Shown one piece after another: positions 13,559 to 64,000 of a stretch of DNA of 64,000 nucleotides; position 1 is the first letter of the stretch, and each line of letters begins with the position of its first letter. The position numbers and the translations under genes are program-made. Under the pieces are notes generated by a model. It saw only the letters and a program-made list of their open reading frames with translations. It was not told the origin of the DNA and did not search any database. The stretch comes from Octopus vulgaris (taxonomy: Eukaryota), in the NCBI GenBank assembly GCA_951406725.2, contig OX597835.1, positions 2,232,001-2,296,000 on the forward strand. The letters are read 5' to 3'.

Positions 13559-13615
<57 letters not shown>

Positions 13616-14074
13616 TGCTTCATATATTTTATATAATAGTCTGTCGGTGAGAGACCGTAACGAGAATGCAGACGATACAAAGATTGAGAGAGGAATTGAT
13701 TCACGCTCCATAAAATTTCTAATGATGATCGCCCGCAGCCAGTTTGATTTGTTAAATTTGTATAGCAGCCTCAGTTTGTGTAGAAACGATACAGCACAAG
13801 GCAAAGGTGTTTCCACGATAAAAGTACAAGGCATGTACCTGCATAGATTATCCCATTATTCAGTGTGCTACAAAATGATTGGAAAACCAATGTATTTACC
13901 TATCAAACCTTGAACTGGTGAATTAGAGTAAGAATACAGACGAACGTAGACACATAAGTGTTTGTTTGTGTGTGTGTGTGTGTACGTACACGCACACATA
14001 CATGCACTCACGCACATATACTTATACACACACACAGACATATAGTCCCATACATACACATTATTACATAGGCG

Positions 14075-14487
<413 letters not shown>

Positions 14488-15007
14488 GTCGAGCCAGTTG
14501 TCCATCCATCTATCCATCCATGCGTAGAACTATGGAAGGCCAGGAAGGCACACTAAACAGGTTTACCATAGCATGATCAAATCTTGCGATTAAGAACGAA
14601 AGAATTGCTTTGGCGGAGACCTTTATGCCCACAGCTTGTCTTAGCTTTACGTACAAATCGTACACAAGCTGCCTGGATGAATTGCCCCTAGAGCATTGTG
14701 AATCTAACGATATAATAACTGACGAGCAGGCAAGTGGAAGAAAGGAGTGTTCGGGATGTGCCGAACCACTTTTGTTTATAAGCTGTTCTGTCAGAAGTGA
14801 AATACAACGCGGAAAACTTGTGACAGTACGGCTTGATTAGAGAAAGGCATTCAAATCCGACCCACACCCAGAGGTACCGAAGTCACTACAGCTGACAAAA
14901 AGAAAGTACCTGATGACTTATCTGCTGTCATGGAATGTTCGTGAAGGCATTCGCTACCCTCAGGCACCAACGGAAAATAGAATGATTGATTTCATAAATA
15001 TTTCAAC

Positions 15008-15357
15008 AAGGAGTGGCTGTGTGGTAAGTAGCTTGCTTACCGACCACATGGTTCCGGGTTCAGTCCCACCGCGTGGCGCCTTGGGCAAGTGTCTTCTACT
15101 ATAGCCTCGGGCCGACCAAAGCCTTGTGAGTGGATTTGATAAACGGAAACTGAAAGAAGCCCGTCGTATATATGTATATATATATATATGTATATGTGTG
15201 CATATGTTTGTGTGTCTGTTTGTCCCCCCAACATCGCTTGACAACCGATGCTGGTGTGTTTACGTCCCCGTCACTTAGCGGTTCGGCAAGAGACCGATAG
15301 AATAAGTACTAGGCTTACAAAGAATAAGTCCCGGGGTCGATATGCTCGACTAAAAGG
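15008..15357 (+). mobile_element. SINE family A
   Basis: Near-complete copy, fused at the 3' end to another repeat. Confidence 0.8.
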
Positions 15358-15538
15358 CTGGAGGGTATATCAGCCGAAATGTTGTGTTAACAACAAACAA
15401 GATGAGGACAAATATCCGTCAAATGTAAATAATGTAAATAATGTAAATAATTCCTCATCTCTTAAATATAGAACTGTACTTACTGGTTGTAAACTACACA
15501 CATACACACACATATATATACACACATACATGCATACA

Positions 15539-15653
<115 letters not shown>

Positions 15654-16272
15654 ATATCTGTATATATATAATATATATATATATATGTATATATAACATC
15701 TCTTAATAAGGGATCTTAACAAGAAATTATCTGCTAGTGAAAACCTCATTTCTTCTAAAATAATATTTTTATATTGATATATTAATTATATCTATATGTG
15801 TGTGAGTGTGTAGTGTGTGGCATTTATGTGTGTAATGTCTATATATATATATAGATATATATGTATATATATATATGTATATATATATATGTATATACAT
15901 ACAACATGCCCACAGCCTTAGGGCTGAAACATATAAAAAATAAAAGAATGTGTAATGTATATATGTATGGGTATATATAAATATGTATATATGCGTCTAT
16001 ATAGATATATACCTCCACGCACATACATATAGATATGTGCGTGTGTACATGCACGTGTGTCGGGGTTGGGTGAAGGTAAAAATCAATGGAGCGACAATAT
16101 AGACCCACATTATATTATAGTGGTGACGGTATAGTTAATAGAAATCACTTGAAGTCGGTGCTCCAGCATGGCAGGTGCTCATTGACTAGAAAGCAGTAAT
16201 ACAACAAAATAACATAATGTTAAGTGATACACTGTGATAAAGTTATCAACAAAAGGACCAAAGAAATTGCTG

Positions 16273-16273
<1 letters not shown>

Positions 16274-16352
<79 letters not shown>

Positions 16353-16449
16353 TGTGTGTGTGTGTGTATGTGTGTGTATGTGTGTGTGTATGTGTGAGTG
16401 TGTGTATGTGTGAGTGTGTGTGTGTATGTGTGTGTATGTGTGTGTGTAT

Positions 16450-16510
<61 letters not shown>

Positions 16511-16690
16511 TGTGTGTGTATGTGTGTGTGTGTGTGTGAGTGTGTGTGTGAGTGTGTGTGTGTGTGTATGCGTGTGTATTGTGTGTGTGTGTGTGTATGT
16601 TTGTGTGTGTGTGTGTATGTGTGTGAGTGTGTGTGTATGTGTGAGTGTGTGTATGTGTGAGTGTGTGTATGTGTGTGTGCGTGTATTCAC
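16274..16690. repeat. (TG)n microsatellite with TA/AG interruptions
   Basis: Visible ~410-bp tract. Confidence 0.95.
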
Positions 16691-17170
16691 ACACACATAC
16701 ACATGCATACACACACACACATCTGCCGTGCTTTATTCTAAGTAGCTGTATTGATTAAGCAGCTTTCATCTTCATTCTCTACAAACATACACAAATTCCG
16801 GAAGTGAAAACATGAAGCGGCGGAAGTGGAGTGCCTAAGGAGCAAATGAAAGAAAGAAGAGAGAGAGAAAAAAAACTTCATTAAAACAATAAATAAATAA
16901 GTAAATAAATATACGTGGTTGACGAATAAAGGGCTTAATGGAGTCGGGTGGGAAATTTGTTTCTTAAGGTTGATGGTTACAGAACAGGGCCTATCAACAG
17001 AAGAACACAGGTTGGGCGACCACGATGGAAGATGGCTGCTCGTTTTAAAAGTATATATGTACCAAGCTGTACGTGCACTGAAAGTTAAACAAATCTATCT
17101 ATCTCTGTCTCCCTCTCTCTCTCTCACTCCCCCTCCTCTCTCTCTCACTCCCTCTCCTCTCTATCACTCC

Positions 17171-17208
<38 letters not shown>

Positions 17209-17240
17209 CGCACACATATACATATTTATGATTAGGTTAA

Positions 17241-17281
<41 letters not shown>

Positions 17282-17397
17282 TAGCAGGAAGACGGCCTTC
17301 TGGGCGGTTTTCTGTTAGCCACTTGATAATATTTTCCCATATGATTTCCAATTCTAATAATTCTTATAGTGTTTGCCGCCGTTGTGCCTTTGCTGCT

Positions 17398-18599
17398 AAA
17401 TATGAACCATTTTGTTGCACAATGCATCTCCACCTTTCCTTTAACTTGAAAATACCCTCTTCCCAGAATTGAAGTGGTTTCATGGCAAAGAATTCATCAA
17501 GGTATCTTTTTACGTCATCCAAGGAATTGAAATTTTTACCATTAAGACTATTCTGCAGAGACCTGAATAAGTGGAAATCCGAAGGAGCAATATCTGGTGA
17601 ATACGGAGGGTGGGGTAACACATCCCAGCCAAGCTGCAGCAATTTTTGTCAGGTTCCCAAAGAAACATGCGGTCTTGCATTATCTTGTTGGAAAACAACA
17701 CTCTTCCTGTTGGCCAATTCTGGATGTTTCTCTTGAATTGCTGCTTCTAACTCATCCAGTTGTATGCAGTATTTCTCAGAATTAATTGTCTGATTACTTG
17801 GGAGAAGCTCATAGAACAGAATTCCTTTCCAATCCCACCAGATACAAAGCAAGACTTTTTAGGATGAAGACCCGCTTTTGGGGTGGCTAAGGGTGGCTCA
17901 TGTCGCTTACTCCAGGATCGCTTTCCCTGAACATTTCGGTAGATATTCCATTTCTCATCACCTGTCACAATTTGCTTTAAAAAAGGCGCGTTTTCATTCC
18001 GTTTATGAAGCGAATTACAGATGGAAATGCGATCCAAAAGCTTCTTCTCACTCAGCTCATGTGGTACCCAAACACCGTAGCGATTTGTTGTACCCAAGCT
18101 TTTCCAGGTGCTCATGAACGACGGATTTTGATAGGTTGAGGCTTTCTGCCAATTCTCGGGTTGTACAATGTGGGTTATTCTCAATTAATGATTTGATTCG
18201 GTCATCACCTGTAGTGGATGGTCTGCCTGATCGCTCTTTATCAATAAAGCTACAATCTCCAGCTCGGAACCTTGCGGGCCACTTCCATACAGTTCTTTCG
18301 GGTAAAGAAACATCACCGTAAACTGCGCATATTTCTTTGGTTGCTTGTGAGGCATTTTTTCTCTTTTCAGATAAAGAAAAGCATCACGCACCGAAAATGA
18401 ACTTTCTTATCTTCCATTTTAAAGGGTTAGAAAATGAACACATGTTATAGGAACATAAACCTTCTTCCACGAAAAGATAGCTTAAACTGTGCTCTGAATG
18501 GAGGTGTAGTCAAATCCTATTTTATGGACTCAACCGTGTTCTAAAATAAGTCGAAAGGTAAGCTACTATAAATCGGCACGAACTTTCCGGACAACCCAA
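17398..18599 (-). mobile_element. Mariner (DD34D) transposon with pseudogenised transposase
   Basis: WVPHEL, IVTGDEKW, FQQDNARPH, HPPYSPDIAPSDFHLFRSLQ in shifted frames; 5' TIR ends at 18599 followed by TA. Confidence 0.92.
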
Positions 18600-19288
18600 T
18601 ATAATAAACTGAAACTGTAATTAAAATTTTCAGAGAACGAAAGAATAAGGGTTCGTGTTTACTATTTTTGTTGATTGATAGAGATATATCTATTACAACG
18701 CGTATGGACCCTCCTCAAAATGCATAACACAGAGCGTTACGCTTAACATACAGCACATCAAAATTAGAAATACGAGCATATTTCACATATCGTTAAAACA
18801 GACGTGACACACACCACTCACCATAAAAGAAATCTACATGAGCGAATATAAACACATATTTCCATTATTTTTAGCAGATAATAAATAAGGTTTTGCCTGA
18901 CTGCTCTTCGTGAGCGTTGTTAATTGAACCATAGCAAGTCCTGCAAATAGTTACTCAAGATATTAAAATTATGGTGGGAGAATGAATATTAGAAACTCCG
19001 ATGTTGTACAAGCCATGAGAAAGAATGTAAGAAATTTTATGAGATATTGAGTTTGACAACTTCAGAGGGCGGATATCAGTGAAATGTTGTAAGGAAAATA
19101 TGGAAGACTAGGTTCAACGCAGTAGTTATTACGACATCATAAAAGTTGAAATTGGATGAGAATAAAATGCGAATCATGAAAACATTGTAGGGATTTAATA
19201 AATTTGTAGCACTTTTATTGTTCATAAATTATCTTCAAGAATGCTATCATGTAATATGTATGTATGTATGTATGTATGTGTGTATGTA

Positions 19289-19325
<37 letters not shown>

Positions 19326-19409
19326 ATGTATGTATGTATGTATGTATGTATGTATGAATGTATGAATGTATGTATGTATGTATGTATGTGTGTGTGTATT
19401 CTTTTATAC

Positions 19410-19615
19410 TTTCTTTTACTTGTTTCAGTCTTTTGACTGCGGCCATGCTGGAGCACCGCCTTTTAGTCGAGCAAATTGACTCCAGGACTTATTCTTTGCA
19501 AGTTTAGTACTTATTCTGTCGGTCTCTTTTGCCGAACTGCTAAGTTATTGGGGATGTAAACACACCAGCATCGGTTGTCAAGCGATGTTGGGGAGGGGAC
19601 AAACACAGACAACAA

Positions 19616-19679
<64 letters not shown>

Positions 19680-19826
19680 GACGAGCTTCTTTCAGTTTCC
19701 GTCTACCAAATCCTCTCACAAGGCTTTGATCGGCCCGAGGCTATAGTAGAAGACACTTAGCCAAGGTGCCATGCAGTGGTACTGAACCCGGAACCATGTG
19801 GTTCGTAAAGCAAGCTACTTACCACA
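19410..19826 (-). mobile_element. SINE family A
   Basis: Reverse complement of the family-A sequence with central (TA)n. Confidence 0.8.
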
Positions 19827-20415
19827 TGTATGTGTGTGTGTGTGTGTAGTTGTGAATAATGTCGAATGTTGTCATTAATGAATGTGCTGTAAGAAAATTG
19901 TCGGGAAATGGTGTTTTGGAAGAAATATGTGTGGGGGGGAGTTTAGATATAACGCAAATATAGGTCATACTAAAAATACCAGATAATAATCCACAGGTAT
20001 CTGTATTAGGAGAGGGCGTTTGTCTTGAGAATAAGTGTGTTACTAAGGCGTAAACAGAACTAATAATTAATTTCTTAAATTGCACTATGTAACAGATTTT
20101 TCCTATCTTTGCCGAGTAAGTGTTATTTCCTATTTCCTTTCTCTCTAGAAATCAAAAGGGGTCACTACTTAACCCTTCAAACTTTGCTTTTGTGATTTGC
20201 ACATCAATGTTTCCAAACGAACCCATTTTCCATCACCATTTCAGATCCAGTGCTGAATGAAGTTGAAGCAGAAACAGCGTTATAGCAAATATTCTGCTCA
20301 ATACCATTTTGCCAGCTCACAACGCTCGGTCTGGGAATCGAAACCGCGAGTCCGCTGGCCTAACCACTGGGCCATTGCGCCTCCACACACACACACACAA
20401 ACATATATATATATT

Positions 20416-20614
20416 CAAAATGTCACCGCGTGTGTACCGTTGGCGATTTTTTTTCCCTCTGTCTTCCCTTCTCTGGACCTTTCCTTCTCCTATGTTTTCG
20501 ACGAAGAGCTCCGCTCGAAACGTTAAACCCTCCTTCTTTCCTGAGCGTCCAATAATACTACATTTGTTCCACGTCCTCGCGTTGTTGTGTTTTTTTGTGT
20601 TTTCTTGTTTGGAT

Positions 20615-20619
<5 letters not shown>
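20416..20619 (+). mobile_element. Short Penelope-type repeat with hammerhead-like motif
   Basis: Copy of 9325..9520; motif at 20494..20528. Confidence 0.55.
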
Positions 20620-20684
<65 letters not shown>

Positions 20685-20813
20685 TGTATGTACGTATATA
20701 TCATGTATCTATTTGTCTGCGTACCTCTTAACCACCTACACTTTTTTTACTCCGGTTTGTATTAGGTTTGTACTATACGTTTGCTAACGAATCTCTTTCC
20801 AGTTTTCATAAAT

Positions 20814-63059
<42,246 letters not shown>

Positions 63060-64000
63060 GTAAGTTTCTTTTTTTATTCCTCACTTTCTTCCTGCTCCCC
63101 CTCTTCCGTGAGGACCTTAGGCATGTACGTACGTTCATTTTTTTTTTATAAGTTTAGTCTGAGAAAAGAATACAACGCCCACCCATACTTGTGTTCGGGT
63201 AAGCGAGCAAGACCTCGGTATCCACAGACCACAGACACCTTGTTTTCTAAAGGCAACAAAAAATGAAGTTGTGACGTTGAACCAGGTGACGAGTGAAGTC
63301 TATTACCTAAGAACTGGAATAGTTCAACCAACGAACCTCTTCACAGTTCCTCTCGATCAAATTTCATAAAACATAGGTCAATCCCGAAGCCATAATAGAA
63401 GGAAAATGCCCAAGTTACTGTACAGTGACTGTATCCGGAGTTGCAAGTAAGTATTTTTTGTGCCCCTTTTCTTCAACATGAAGATTTAAATAAACTTACA
63501 TCAATGCTTGCTCTTCATTTTAGTTTAAAATTTAAAATATTTACGGGGATCATTTTACCAATTAAAATATATCGGATGGGTCACTTTTTTTAAAAGTTGG
63601 CTTCACTAGTGAAAATTTACAGAGGGGTGTTTCCACATCTGTTGCATACTTGTTTATGCCGGAACAAACAACTACGACCGCAGAGGTTGCATGAGGAGAC
63701 AGGCAGTTCGAGGTTGGTTGTCATGTCCTTATTTTCCCTCGTTTTTCTCTTGTCTGCGGGGATGGTCTTGTAGGCGCCTTCAAAGAAGGCTGTTGACTGA
63801 AGGACAGTAAGATGCCAGACTTCACGGTCAAACGCAAGAACTGATCACAGTGGCAGGCGCCAAGAGATTTCTTTAAGGAATCTTTCTTCCCCTTCTTTGA
63901 TGCTCTTCTGTAGCGGTAACCAAAGGCGTCAATGATCCACTCATAGCTGTTTCAACTTATGCTAAATTTATGAAAGCACCAACACACGTTTGCACTCAGA

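Overview
Eukaryotic, AT-rich, microsatellite-dense genomic DNA, most likely from an octopus or other coleoid cephalopod (inferred from the SINE families and repeat landscape; not verified). The one host gene is a + strand transmembrane channel-like (TMC1/2/3-type) gene. I assembled 14 coding exons by hand (20814..63059, 1872 nt, 624 aa). All introns are GT-AG with matching phases, and the gene continues past the window end. The introns and upstream region contain tRNA-derived SINEs (three families), mariner/Tc1 relics and MITEs, non-autonomous Helitrons, R4/Dong, RTE and CR1-like LINE fragments and Penelope-like sequences. The most unusual non-coding signals are: (1) several minimal hammerhead-ribozyme-like motifs, one with an intact core in a terminally redundant ~519-bp element whose end lies at the predicted cleavage site; (2) two adjacent ~780-790-bp elements that are circular permutations of each other; (3) SINE multimers sharing one fixed junction; and (4) two long intronic fold-backs. 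Nearly all ORFs in the supplied track are microsatellite or transposon artefacts.
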